Assembly (NCBI GenBank): GCA_022813965.1
Contig: JALDZS010000056.1
Location: forward strand, 1 to 64,000
Origin: Toensbergia leucococca
Lineage: Eukaryota
Length of the DNA stretch: 64,000 nucleotides
Reading direction: 5' to 3'
The notes beneath the pieces are model-generated. The model was not told where the DNA came from, made no database searches, and was given only the letters and a program-made list of their open reading frames with translations. Position numbers and translations under genes: made by a program. Positions 13,401 through 26,366 of this stretch are shown piece after piece. The first letter of the stretch is position 1, and each line of letters starts with the position of its first letter.

Positions 13401-16378
13401 GTCACATTCTTGGGGCTGTTAATGCATCCTACTGTAACACCATGGGATCCAAAGTCGCCGGACAGTTGCTCCAGGTAAGGCTCGACTGCCTCATCTGACA
13501 GGCCGACCGATATCATAGCTCCTTGGAACTTGCTCGACTCGGCTAGCTTGGCAGCATACAGACCTCGGAAAAATGCTACCTTACATGCAGATTGATGGGA
13601 AAGACCGCCCACACAGTAACTGAGGACAAATTAGCCAATCAGCTTCTCTAACGGAGAAAGAACTTACGCAGCCGCAATTTCGCCTGAGCTGTGGCCCACG
13701 ACGGCAGAAGGAACGACCTTGAAACCACGAAGCAGGTCTACAAGAGCAATTTGAAGTGCTGTACAGAGTGGCTGACTGTATGCGGGATTGTTGACGTTTG
13801 AGGTTTCTTTGTCTTTTAGGAGTTCGCCTTGGGAACAGTCAGTAGTGCAAGATACAACTTAGGAATACGACAAGCTCCAATAAGCTGGGAATAGCAGCGC
13901 GATTTGGCACAACTTAGATCTCCCTAATCCACTACTCCACACCAGCGTTCAATGCTCCAGTGAAATGATAAGATAGGCAGAATCATATGCTTTTACGTAC
14001 CTAATAAAGACCACTGGCACCCAAGATCATCCAAGTACATCTCCGACCTGCGAAGACTGTTCAAGAATGTCGGAAATCCAAGCAGGTCTTGGGACATGCC
14101 TGCAAATTGGGCACCTTGTCCGGTAAATATGTACCCGAGCTTCGGATCTACTCGAGATCTCACCGGCTTTGAAAGCATTCTCCGGAGATCATGTAGGTCC
14201 AAAACGGAACGTGCAACGGCAAACGACTTCCAATTCAAAGAACTTCGTCGCACGGCTAGCGTGTAGGCCAAGGCCGAAAGATAAGTATTTGCCTCCGTTG
14301 TGGTCAGAGACGAAGCCAGCTGCGATATGTGGGCATCGTACGATTCTGCAAGACGTGCCAGTCCACCTTCATCTGCGGTAGACCAGACAAGTAATTTCGG
14401 GCTCATATCCCCAACTTCTCCATTCACTGCTTGCTGGGATAAGTTTCCTAAAAGAGAGAAAAGTTTAGAAGACTCAAGACGCTGCTCCAAGTACTCGGGA
14501 GAGGGAGGCTCATGCGCTGTCCAGTGATTTCCGGCAAGATGTCTGAGACGTAAGAAATTGTACGCATCATCGATGACTGCATGACAATTGGATCCCCCAA
14601 ACCCGAACGAGGATATCGAGGCTCTTCGAAGTCCTCGGCAAGGCCAAGGGGTACTGGACAAAGGGAACTGAAAAAATTGTCAGCCACGAACGAATGACGC
14701 GGCGAATACTGCGTCGCATACTGTAAGTTTGAGGGCATCTGCATCAATATTTGGGTTGAGTCGTTCGAAATTTGCATTGGGAGGGATAATACCGGATTCT
14801 AAGACCATGATCGTCTTGATGATACCAGCGACTCCGCTCGCACCTGATTTAAAAATCAGTACTGGATCAGTCAGAAGCCATCCAACGCCGACACACCTTC
14901 AAGATGACCTATATTAGATTTCACAGCGCCACTTGAAAGGTCAGTATGAGATCTTAGACTGAATATACTCGAGACCCCAGACACGGAGGTGTAGGTGATG
15001 GACGTACATATACATTGGCTCTTCTGAGCTGCGGTACTTCCTAAACACCCTCCCAATTGCGCTAGCTTCGATTGGGTCGCCAATCTAGATTGATTTCTCA
15101 GGATCAAGCCCCATTTCAGCTCAGATTTTGGAAACACTCACTGCTGTTCCAGTACCGTGCGCCTCGACGTATCTGGTACTTTTCATGTCTATGCTAGCCT
15201 TTGCGTATGTTTCTTTCATGAGAAGCTCCTGAGCATCTCGACTCGGTTGTGTGATACCTGGAGTGCGACCATCTTGATTCGATCCTGTAGACCGAACGAC
15301 TGCGCGGATGGTATCTCCGTCTCTGAGCGCGTCCGTCAGTCGCTTGAGGACAATCACTCCAACCCCTTCACCTCTTCCGTAGCCATTGCCTCGATGGTCA
15401 AAGCTGAAGCTTCGACTATCGTGAGATATGAAGTTCATATTCGATAGCATCATAGAGGACTCAAGTGAAGTGAGTAGGTTGGCACCACCAACAAGTGCCT
15501 ATAAAAGCTAATGGTTAAAGCAGAACCAACTTTATGGAAAGGGATCCTACCATGTTCGACTCCTTGTTGCGCAATCCCTGACATGCAAGGTCAAAAGCCA
15601 TCATACTGCTGGAGCAAGCGGAATCTAAATTCACACATGGACCAGTCAAGTTGAAAAACCAACTAAGGCGAGCCGCAAGCATGGTAATGGCTATGCCTGT
15701 GGCGCTATATGTTGGAGACAAGTCAGGGTCTTTGATGACGCCCAGCCTGTAGTCGTCAGAGAAAGAGCCTGTGTGAACCGATGTTTTGGAGTTTGAAGCA
15801 TCCTCTAATGATATACCCGCTAAAGATGTTCAGCAGAGCTAGCAGTTTTCTAAAGATTACGAGGGCCTCACCATTCTCAAAGGCTCTATAGGCAGTTTCA
15901 AGAAGTAAACGATGCTGCGGATCCATTGCCGCAGCTTCGATTGGTGTGATGGAAAAGAATGGCGCATCGAAATTACCAAGGGGCTCCTCCTGAAAATGAC
16001 CGCCTTTGAAAGGAATCTAGCGAGCAAACATCAGGCATAGTCACATAGTATGAGTGACAAGCGTAACAGTACCGTATCTGGCCGGCTATTGTCGGGATGG
16101 TAGAATGCATCAAGATGAACTCTGTCTTTCGGCCACTCAGTCATGCAGTTTCTTTTCTCCATCAACATTTTCCAGAAAGCTTCCGGTGATGTGGCATCTT
16201 GCGGAAACTTGAGAGAGAAGCCAATGACGGCAATCGGCTCAAGCTGAGCTCCCTCGGCCTTGTTCAATTCGGTAATGGAGAATTCATTATCTTGAGCAGA
16301 ACTATGAACACCGTTGAGAAGATCCTCCGTACTACTGTGATCGCCGTTGACAACATTCCGAAGTATTCCAGGCGCCAT
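7445..16378 (-). CDS. Highly reducing iterative type I polyketide synthase (KS-AT-DH-cMT-ER-KR-ACP), multi-exon
   Basis: [57 protein letters not shown]. c[54 protein letters not shown]. The ORF pieces are separated by GT-AG introns. Confidence 0.97.
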
Positions 16379-18191
16379 GACTAGAAAGCACAAAAGATTA
16401 AAGAAGTAAACCCATTAACATTTACTCAGTCACGGTCCGAGGTCGGTTGCTAGGAATGGGAAAGTTGTCTTTTGATTCATGAACGTACAATAATACACGG
16501 AGAAAGGTCCTTATATGGAGCTGCTGAGGGAGGAAAGAACCGGGTTGCTGTCCCGTGATATCCACATCATGTCTCGATAGTCTCAGCAACCACTGAGCGC
16601 ACGGGCTTCTGTGCCTCGACGGCTTCCATGCTATGTCGAAACCTAAACGGGAAGATCTACTCCAGTTCAAGCCTGGTCGAGGGCTCGAAGCGAGCTTTGA
16701 AAAGGCTCCATTCGCTATCAATCGATAAGGAGTCATCTGCCATGTCCGAAGACTGCGAGAGCGCTGCCCAAAGCGTAAATTTTTGATGGATTCCAACTAT
16801 GCAGTGAAAAGAAATGGTTGGAAATGTGAATGTGGCTGCCATCAGCAAGAAGCCGGTTCAAGTTCGCAGGTGGCCAGGTCGAACCGAGCTACAGATGGTG
16901 CCATGATTAAAGCCTACATGTTATCGTACCACTACTGTGTAGTGCCCGGGAGAGGCCTGGATTAGTGTTACCAGGACCTCAGCGTTCTTCAAAGTTTGGA
17001 CTCTTACTATATGCTTGCAGTATCGTTAGCTGGCTACAGGTAATAAAGTAAGGTATACCTTAAGGCACACAAGCGTGTAGGGATCAGATTAAGGCTATTT
17101 GTGTCGTCAATAGCAGGCACCAGAATTGGCAGTGGAACTGTGAAGTCATCTTTGCCTAGGAACAACTTAGTCGTCACTCCCTCACAACGCTCCATAGGTA
17201 GTAAAAGTAAGGTTTGGCTAGGTGTAGGTAGCTTTCTTAGCACTCGGGGGCCTGTGCGATGACAGCCCAGGGATCAACATGGGATCCATTTGGGAATGGG
17301 GAAATCCAGTCTGCACGGTCTATGCTAGCGTTTCCATCAGTGTGGACACGGACATTTTAGAATCCCACCAAAATTGCCCGCCTTTTGTGTCTTGATCTCA
17401 AGTCTGGAAAGCTTGAGCGCGAAACGCGAGGAAATGCCAGAAGTCAACGACGCAATAGGAAGCCTCCCGGGGCTTAGATTCTCTGTACTCGTAGACTAAT
17501 AGACCACTATTAGTACATGTCGAGCTCAACAGCAAAGCGCCAACCTAAGGCCGAGGAGTAAGCTCGTAAGGTAGGTAGACAAGGTGTGTGTCACAGAGAT
17601 GCCACTAAGGACTAAAAGCCCCAAGCGATGCACTTCTCATAGAAGTACGGGCAGACCAGGGAAAGATGGAGGAGCGGAATGAGAGCAGTTAAGATGGCGT
17701 CCGTTTGGAGACCCACTCCATCAATTCGGTTTGGAAGAGAGGGATATGCATGTAGAGTAGAATGAGAGAAGTGAGGGCTGCCTATTAGATCTAGCATGGG
17801 TCTATGGCTAATGACCTACGATCTTTTAATGACGGTTCATTCTGTGAGAGGCATGATGCAGGTGGCCCTTCTAGAATAGAGTAATGTGAAGCCTCATATA
17901 AATCCATTCGAGGATTGGTAAATCAATGAGTACGGATAATGAAACTTCATTTCCACCATACAATCAATAAATTGAACATGGACGCTGATTTTCGAAGGAT
18001 GATGTATGAGGTAGAGTATATTGAACGATGAATAGACGGACGACGGTTTAGCAATTTCTACTGAAGCCGAAGACGAAGATATTTCTACGCCACTATGTAC
18101 CAACCCAAATTGAGACGCGTTTTGCTCCTGACTACACTCCACAAATGTTTGCAGACGAACACCCCTTCTACGCCTACTCCAGACAATAATC

Positions 18192-20417
18192 ATGCAGAAA
18201 CGCAAAGACGAGATCCTTGCAAAAAAGGCAAAGCTCGCAGATCTCAAACGCCGTAATGAACTACGCGTACAAGAGAGTGCCCAAAGGGCACAAACCCCAG
18301 AAAGCCCATTACAGGTAGTACTAGTATACCATGTCTTAGGAATCCTACTGATCGTGGAATACACAGCTAGTAGCTTCTATTCCCACGCGTTCAGATAATC
18401 GAAAAGAGCTCGATACCTTGATTTCCAGCCTGGTGGGAGAAAGTAGATCAACTTCTACAACACCTAGAGATGCTGGAAACCCTCCTTCACCTCATCGGAC
18501 AACCCGTGCCGGCTCCGTCTTGCCTGCTGGACAATTGTCTGCCGACCTCATCGGCCATGCCTCAACTTCTCTACTACCACAACCTACACTCATTGGAAAT
18601 CAGACTTTGTCTACTGTCCCCGTAACAATCAACTACGAATTCACTCCAGCGCCTACCCATGAGGTTTTATCATATAGCAAAGGCATACAGACCACAGAAC
18701 CATGGTCTCCTCAACGGTCGAACAGGTCATTGGATGGCTTCTCGGATTCAGATAATGACCAATCACTTAAAGTACCGCGTACGCCAAAAGCATCGAAGCG
18801 GCTGAGTCGACGAGAACGAGAAAAAGAGGAAGATCTGAGGCAGAATCTAAGGAGAGAAATCGAGGAGGAGCTTAAGGCAGCCAGAGATCTTACTTTGGAC
18901 GGGCCAGCATTACAGACAACGCAAAAGAAATTCCCAGCACGAGCCTTGTCAGAAGACGAATTGAACGCCGTCACATCCTCTGATGATTTCCTCGATTTTG
19001 TAGAGAGGTCGAGTAAAGTCATTGAGAGGGCGTTGGATGAAGAGTATGATGTCCTAGCCAACTATGCCACGGATGGTCGAAACGAAGTAGACGAGGATGA
19101 TGACGAAGGATTTGGAAATTCTAGAGGCAAAAAAGGTCGAAGGATACGAGAAGTTGTACAATTCTATGACGAAAGATGGAGTAAAAAGCGTATGATCAGC
19201 GACCTGGATTTCTCCCCTAAAGTAAGGCCCACAAATGCTCTCTCTATCCCCATAACAGTAATTCAACTCTACAGTTCCCCGAACTCCTCCTAGCCTCATA
19301 CACCAAAAACGGCACTGCCCCGCAAGACCCCTCTGGCCTTGTCCAGATCTGGAACCTTCACCTTCATTCCCGTCCCGAATACATCTTTCACAGCACTTCA
19401 GACATCGTCACCGCCAAATTCTCTCCCCATCATCCCTCCCTCGTAATTGGTGGCTCCTACAGTGGCCAAGTCTTAATTTGGGACACGCGCTCCAAATCAC
19501 CCTTGCCCGTACAAAAGACTCCTTTAACAGGCTCCTCCACAGGCATACACACCCACCCCATCTACTCTCTCTCTATAACCGGCTCCCAAAACGCCCACAA
19601 TATCATCTCCTGTTCTACAGACGGCACTCTTTGCACCTGGACCGTCGACATGCTCACCCAACCCCAAGAACACCTCAATTTAGCCCCTCCAGCTCCCTCC
19701 AAACCAGAAGACCTCTCCCCAACCTGCATGGCCTTCCCAGCCGAGGACCCAACCTCCTTTCTCGTCGGTACGGAAGAAGGCATCATCTACCCCTGCCACC
19801 GTTACGAACGCGCAGGCGCAAAAGCAGGCGTTGATTCCTGCCTGCGCTACAAAAGTCACTCAGCCCCCGTCATGAGCCTGGACTTCCACCCCTCCCGAGG
19901 ACCCATAGACCTGGGTGATTTGGTTCTCTCCAGCGCCTTGGACTGGACGGTCAAACTTTGGAAAATCCGCGCACCCTCCCAAGTGGGCTCGGCAATCCCA
20001 AACAGCACCGAAGAAGCTATCCAGCCAATCATGGAATTTGCCCGCGAAGACGTCGTGTACGACGCCAAATGGTCACCGCTAAAACCGGGTGTCTTCGCTC
20101 TCGTTGACGGTGCGGGTAGCGTCGAGGTTTGGGACCTGAGCGTTGAGACCGAGGTGCCTGTTGCGAAAGCTGCGGCTGGGGTGGTGTCTGGGGCTGCCGG
20201 TGCAGAGAGCGAGAGGAGGGGAGGGGGTGTGGGGAGGAGTCTTAATCGGGTCTGTTGGGAGAGGAGGGAGGGGAGGAGGTTGGCTGTTGGTGGGGTTGCA
20301 GGGAGGGTTAGCGTGTTTGAGTGCGGAGGGGCGCTTGTTGGGGGAGAGGGGGGTGCGAGGGGGGAAGAGTGGGCTGGGGTTAAGAGGTTGGTTGGAAGGG
20401 CGGAGAGGAGGGGGTAG
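18192..20417 (+). CDS. nudI: Cytoplasmic dynein intermediate chain (WD40); introns near 18315-18366 and 19222-19273
   Basis: N-terminal coiled coil MQKRKDEILAKKAKLADLKRR, SYSKGIQT light-chain binding motif, FLDFVERSSKVIERALDEEYDV, FSPK|FPELLLASY, C-terminal WD40 repeats. Confidence 0.93.
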
Positions 20418-20439
20418 GAGGTTTTGGAGGAGAGGGTAA

Positions 20440-21900
20440 GTGGGGTTTGAGGGGAGATTAGGATGGAAGTGTGTATGTGTATGTGTGTATTGTTCTAAGA
20501 ATGAGGATGGTTACTTTGAGCTTCTGGAACGTTTCCTGGTTCTGTTTGCTTCTGCCTGAACGGCTAATTCTGTGTCCCCCCTCCCCCTCATCTATTACCC
20601 CTATCCCGTTCCCCATCCCGCTTACGGCTTACTCAAACCCCGCCCCCTCTCTCCTCGCATACGCACACACTCTAGCTATTTCCTCCCCCTACAGGAAATG
20701 CTCTCCATACCCTTTCTTTTGTCCCCACACACATTGAACCTTTCATTTTCCCTCTCATGTCAAATCTCACACGTTAACTCAGGCCACAGATACGTAGCTA
20801 TCTATCATATCACCGCCTTTACAACCGTAGATAGGGAGGTATGTCCTCTACTCCTCTTCGCCCCTTTTCTTTTTCCTCTTCTTCTTTTTTTTTCTTTTTC
20901 TTTCCCTACTAACTTTTTGGGTCTGTCTGGGAGACTTGGTACGGAGTATATGTGGGGTTTTGTGGTGTTGGACTGGTTTTGGGATTGTAGGGTTTGAGGA
21001 ATGAAGGTGAGAGGGCGTGCTGCTGATGGTCTGGGGTTGTTGAAGGGGGTTTCATGTGTGCTTTTTAGAAGAACTGGGAACTCTTGCGCCCTTCACGCCA
21101 CCACCAACACCAACAACAACCAACAACATATCTCAAAACATCATCCCTTAACCTCACATCACCCCATCAACCCCACCAGATCACAATCACTTCCTACAGC
21201 CCAATCTCCACTCACCCCTTTCATTTCTTCTCATCTCACTCCCCCCCTCCATTCCCCCCCCCCCACCCTCTCAATTCCCCCACCAGTCGCATGCGTCCTC
21301 AAGATTAGTATCACATCACCTCCCCCCCTCCCCCCTTCCCCCTTCCTCTCTCCTCCTCCTCCTCCTTCTCCACCTCCTTCACACCCTCCCCCTCCTCCTT
21401 CTGAACCCCGACCACATATTCCATCTCAAGCCCAAGATCCAGCCACACCTCCTTTTCCCATTTCCCCCTTCCCTTTTCATCAATTCCCCTGCCCTTTTCT
21501 GACACGTGATTTATTTTCACGCCCTTGATCTGATTTTTGCACTTCTTTTTCTTTCTTCTTTTTTTGGGGTGGTGTCTTGAGGGAGACACCGCACCCGGAG
21601 GAAGAGGGGGGCGATAGGGGGGAAGGAGAAAGGTGAGGATGAGGAATATGGTAGCGATGGTTTCATGAGGAGCGGCTGTTGATGTTTTGGCGGGCTTGTT
21701 GTGAGCCTGTCATGCGGAAAAGGGTCGCAGGCTTGTAGATTACGTCGTTTTTTTTCTTGTGTTTTTTGAGTGGGTTTTTGTGCTGGGATGGTGTGGGGGG
21801 GTGGGCTAGGTGGTAATTTTGGGCGAGATGGGGGAGTGTTAATGGTTGTTAGTTTAGGGGCGTCATCACAATTTCTACGAGTGTGTTCCAAGTGAAGGAA
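20440..21900. repeat. Low-complexity tract with poly-C/poly-T/poly-G runs and strong strand asymmetry
   Basis: Directly visible runs such as cccccccccc, (cct)n and tttttttt. The ORFs here are Pro- or Gly/Glu-rich artefacts. Confidence 0.75.
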
Positions 21901-22445
21901 AGAAAACTGTTGTTTGAAAACGATCTGATTGCTTCGACTTCCTGCCTTCTTTCACGTTTGCTACATCTAGAACAACATCTGGAATAACACTAGTGGCTGA
22001 AAAGTTCGCCTAGGAAGAATGGGGTAGGTGTTTTGACAATTAAGGAAGGGGTTTAGATTTGTGAGGGACTGCTGAAGAGGTATGTGTCATTCGAACAGAT
22101 ACTATTGAAGAGCTAGAATGAGTGCAACGCCAGTAAGAGAGAGAAAGATTGTATATTGTGATGATATTGAATCGAGGATTTTTTCCTATCGTGAAAGCGG
22201 GACCGAAGGTGGGAAGCGATGCAATTTTTCTTTTGTATCAACTTTGCCTCGAGGGCAGGTGAACGGGTTGTGTGAGAGTCCTGATGAACGATATATCAGT
22301 CATTTCATCTGAAGAGCGCTGTTTTGGGGAGATAAGAAAGGGCCGGAGATACCACCACTAACTCTTTGTATCCAGGCCTAAACCTCGTGAGAACCGAGTA
22401 TATGAATTTGGGATAGAGTCTCGGTGTTCGGAGCAAGGCAAGATC

Positions 22446-25344
22446 TCAATCAACTCGGCATGCAGAACATCGCTGGTGATCACAGTTGCAACACAACTCG
22501 TTCATTTTACAACTTAGAGGCCCATCGTCGCATGTACACTATCACGCGTTAGACCGACCTACCCCTTTCTATGCAGCTCGAGACGCTCAACTGAGCAAGA
22601 CTTACACAGTACCACGGTTTTTTGCGAGACCGATCAGTATCTGCCCTACGATGATGATAACTATTTTCCGGTTGCGGAGACCCTTGACCTGAGAGAGGGC
22701 GACAATCTTGGTGGATGTTTTCGGGAGAATGGCTGTGTTCAGGGCTACTGTCGCTCTCGGGGTCCTCAGATTCGTCTTCGTCCGGTGATGTTGCAGCCGG
22801 TCCGCCACTATCGAGGACATTTTCGTTCCGCAATAGTCCCTTGGGAATATCTTTGTCCAGTGGAAACCATCTATCAATAGTCTCACCGCGCTTGAAGTGC
22901 GCATTGTCAATATGATCAAAGCGTTCATCCCAAGCCTCAAGACCCTTCTTGTAGAGCTTGATAATCTGCTTGCAGAAGCCGCACCAGAAGCCCGTCTGGC
23001 CGTTACGGCCGATGCGGCCTCGTTTAGACTGGTCACGGACATAGTCGTCGTTCTTGATCTGGTGGTATTCACGCAGATGGCCGAGGAAGAGTTCTCGGCG
23101 GTAGAAGACTTTAGCACAGAGCCCGATTCTGCTGGCTGAATTGCGTTCATGGCAACGCCAAGTTTCGAGTTGGTAATGTTGCGAATTTTCGTGGCGCTTC
23201 CAGTCGTTTTTGCTGCCAAAAGCTTTGGTGCACGAGGTATATGTGCAGCCATATGGACGGGAGTGCCTCTTCTTATGTTTCCTTTAATGTTTGTCAGCGG
23301 ATTTTCGCTTCGTGATTGGAGAATACGCTTTACTTGAGATCACAGTGTCTTTCCATGGTCTTTGGACATAGATCACAAGCGACTCGTTTCCTCTTTGGAT
23401 CTGATGTTGATGTAATGCCTGCATCGTCGGCATTGCGTTTGTGGCTGATATCCGGTATTAGTGTCTTGGGGTTCAGTAAGCTGAGCACACGAGTTTTGAT
23501 AAGACGTTGCATCTCCTCCATGGAACTTGTACTCATGCATTGCGCAAACTCGGATGCTAGTGCTCTAGACAATTCTTCGGTCTTTACAGCCAGAGATGTA
23601 GGCTTCAGCACGTTTTCCCTTTGGGTTTCCACTGTCTTCTCGGCAGCTGGTGAGCTTGTAACTGAACCTTTCCTACCATTAATTCCATTATCCGGTGGTG
23701 GCTTATGGCACGGGGAATGCGAGCTTTTTCTCTCATGCTGTGTGAAGCTACCCCGTCTTTGGCCGTCTGGAACTGCCAAGAACTGTGAGGCTGGAATCCC
23801 ATCAGGCCTTGAGCATTGATCTTTAGCATTTGGATTACTTATAGAGCTAGACTGACGACTGCAAGAATCGACTGCGGCACTATGAGAATTATCACGAGAA
23901 TCAGGTACAGCTTTAGCCTTGGGCTCGGAGACCTGGGAAACCTCCCGTCCTCGTTGGGAAATGTCAACTCTCGGACCAGGTGGAAATCTCTGTAATGATT
24001 GTAGATTAGTGTAGTACGGCATTTCATCTGGTCCTGTGCTGTGGTCTGGAAGTTTGGAAGCATTCTCAAATTCATCTCCAGAACTGATGAAAGTTGAGGT
24101 CAATCCAGGATCCAACTCGGACCTACGCATGATCAATACTGAATGTAGGCGCATGTATTCGAGAGTACAACTGACTTCCGGACGAGTTCGTCACTATCAT
24201 CCCTAGGATGCATTCGTTGGCAATGCTGACGGAAATTATCCAGACGGGGCCAAGTCTTTTCCCTCTTGGGGCAATTCCTTGCGGCACAACGGAAGCTTCG
24301 ATCACTACAGTTCTTGGGTGCTATTTTATGCACACTTTTTTTATGTCTTTCTAGATCATTCTTGGTGCTGAAACCGTCAGTCCTGGTACAATTAGGCTCT
24401 AAACATTTGAATGGCTTCGAATGACGAAGGCTATGTTTTCTGTCCAAATCATATCAGTAGTCATGGCCAAATCTAAAATCTGATAGCACCTACTTGTGTT
24501 CTGAATGATTTCGAGATGTAGTGTTACAATTTGGGTATGTGCAAACCAGAGACAAGGCTCTGGGGGAGTCCTGCGGAACCTCACTAGCTACGCCATAGGA
24601 CTTGTAGTGGAACTCTTGCGGATTCGGTGGAACATATGCCTGAGTGCTCTCCTCGGGATACAATTGCATTTCACTGACTTCACCTACAAGAGAGCGGCAT
24701 CCTTGACTGTGGTCTACAAGGTCGGCACTCAAAACAGACCTGGTAGTGCGGCTCCTTGTGCCATATCCAGAATCAGAAAGATGCCTTTCAGTCACGCTAC
24801 TATCCACATCAGATCTTGCGGATTCCCGGTACGGCCCAAGTGAAACACAAGGTCTGTATGTTCGATCCGGGGCAGATGCATACTTCATGCCCATTGCGGG
24901 TTGAATTAAATCTCCGGCAATTCGCTGAGAAGTCCATGGACCTGGATCATTCCAGAAACGAATCAACGGATTTGACTCCAATTCAATTGGCTTTGTGGAG
25001 GCTGTCTGGACGTCTTGGGGAAATGATGTAAGATTAGTAGCTGCTACAGGACGAGGGTATCTCTCTTGGATGTCCGAGGGCAGTTGCAGCAAATGGTCTA
25101 ATCCAATACCCTGAGGAAGTTTCACATTGGTAGAATTCCATTGATCCAGAGCAGGATCTATGGGTATGGGTGGAGGCCTCATGTCTCCTTGTGCAGGTAC
25201 TGGAGGGAGATAGGACGAAGAGTGGCGTTTTTCACGCTGGTACTGTCGTTGGCGTCTTGGTCAGTAGTTTCTACATGTATGCAGGCGAAGAATAGATGAT
25301 ACATTGTGCTGATTTCGCCTGTGATCCTGGTCGTAGGTGGCCAT
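22446..25344 (-). CDS. Multi-C2H2 zinc-finger putative transcription factor with Cys-rich C-terminal module; about 6 exons
   Basis: Spliced fingers: CTYPNC..HK|KHSLRH, KPFKCLEPNC...RHKKSVH, FRCAARNC...FRQHCQRMH, CDLC...LK|KHKKRHSRPYGCTYTSC...DWKRHENSQH, FWCGFC...RFDHID. Last exon gives WYC|CTCDDGP...CCNCDHQRCSAC*. The upstream exon with ATG 25344 splices in frame. Confidence 0.85.
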
Positions 25345-26366
25345 TTCAAGTCTAACAGAAAGAAAAGACTGATGGCATAGCAGATTCGGTGAGTCTCAAA
25401 TTGCCAGGTAATATGGGCTGACTTTTGTCCGACGACTGGGCTTGAGATGGTAGGGAGGCAGATATTTAGGTCCTTTCAACGTACAAGGCTTGTTTAACCG
25501 CAATGGAGATGTATGAGCACTGATACTGAGCGCCTCGACGGCACACATTCTGTTCCTTGGAATACGAAGAGGCTCAAAATGATACTACTCAGGTGTGGGT
25601 CACACGGAATCGAATGAGGAAGGATGTTATTGAAAAGGGTGACATTTGCTTCAAGTCTGTACAATGATTCGATGGTGCGGAAATGAAATGCCTTTTGTGA
25701 GGCTTGCGAAATGTAACAACTCTGAAAAAGTGAGGCGGACGACATTTTGTGATGACACGGATGGTTGCCTTGTGCGGCTGGATGCGAGTCATCCAGACTT
25801 GCTAACTGTAATAGGTCGACCATGTGGCACCGATTTAAATGCGCCGACATGGGGCGCGCTCATGGTGGAGAAGACGTTGAAAAGAGAGAAGATGCTGGAA
25901 CGACATGAACAGAAACCTCATTCCCAAGTTCAAGGAATACCTTTGGCTCAAGAATAAACAACAAGGTAAGATTGCTTTGTATCTAGTGTCCTGTATTCGT
26001 CCTCGGTAGACAAGGCTGAAACATGTTCTAAACCTTGTCTTATTCGGGCCGAGAGAGGGGCTTGCATGTGCATGGTTAGGGTGGTGAGGTAAGGTAATAC
26101 GGAGTAGGTAGGTAGGTAAGTAGAGTACGGAGTAGGTAAGGTGGTAAGGTAGATGAGATTGCATCATGCATTTATCCAATCAGATGTTCTACTTCTTGCT
26201 CCTTAGTCATCAGGTATCGAAAGATGAAACACGGTTTGAAATGTTGAAATTGAACAGCTCCAAGTCTCTCGAGCTGAATAGTCCCGTTTCTTATCCGTAT
26301 GATACAGAAAACCTCCCCGACAGTGACACATCTTAGATTGACGACGATAACATTCTCAATTCCTCA

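Noticed and set aside
21001..21891. Pro-rich and Gly/Glu-rich ORFs
   Set aside because: Products of homopolymer low-complexity DNA with no domain signal.
22602..23252. 216-aa ORF from the track
   Set aside because: It overlaps the true C2H2 exon (RPYGCTYTSC...FWCGFC) in a different frame.
26079..26155. GGTA-rich repeat with TACGGAGTA copies
   Set aside because: A simple intergenic repeat of a type common in filamentous fungi; no specific function can be supported.
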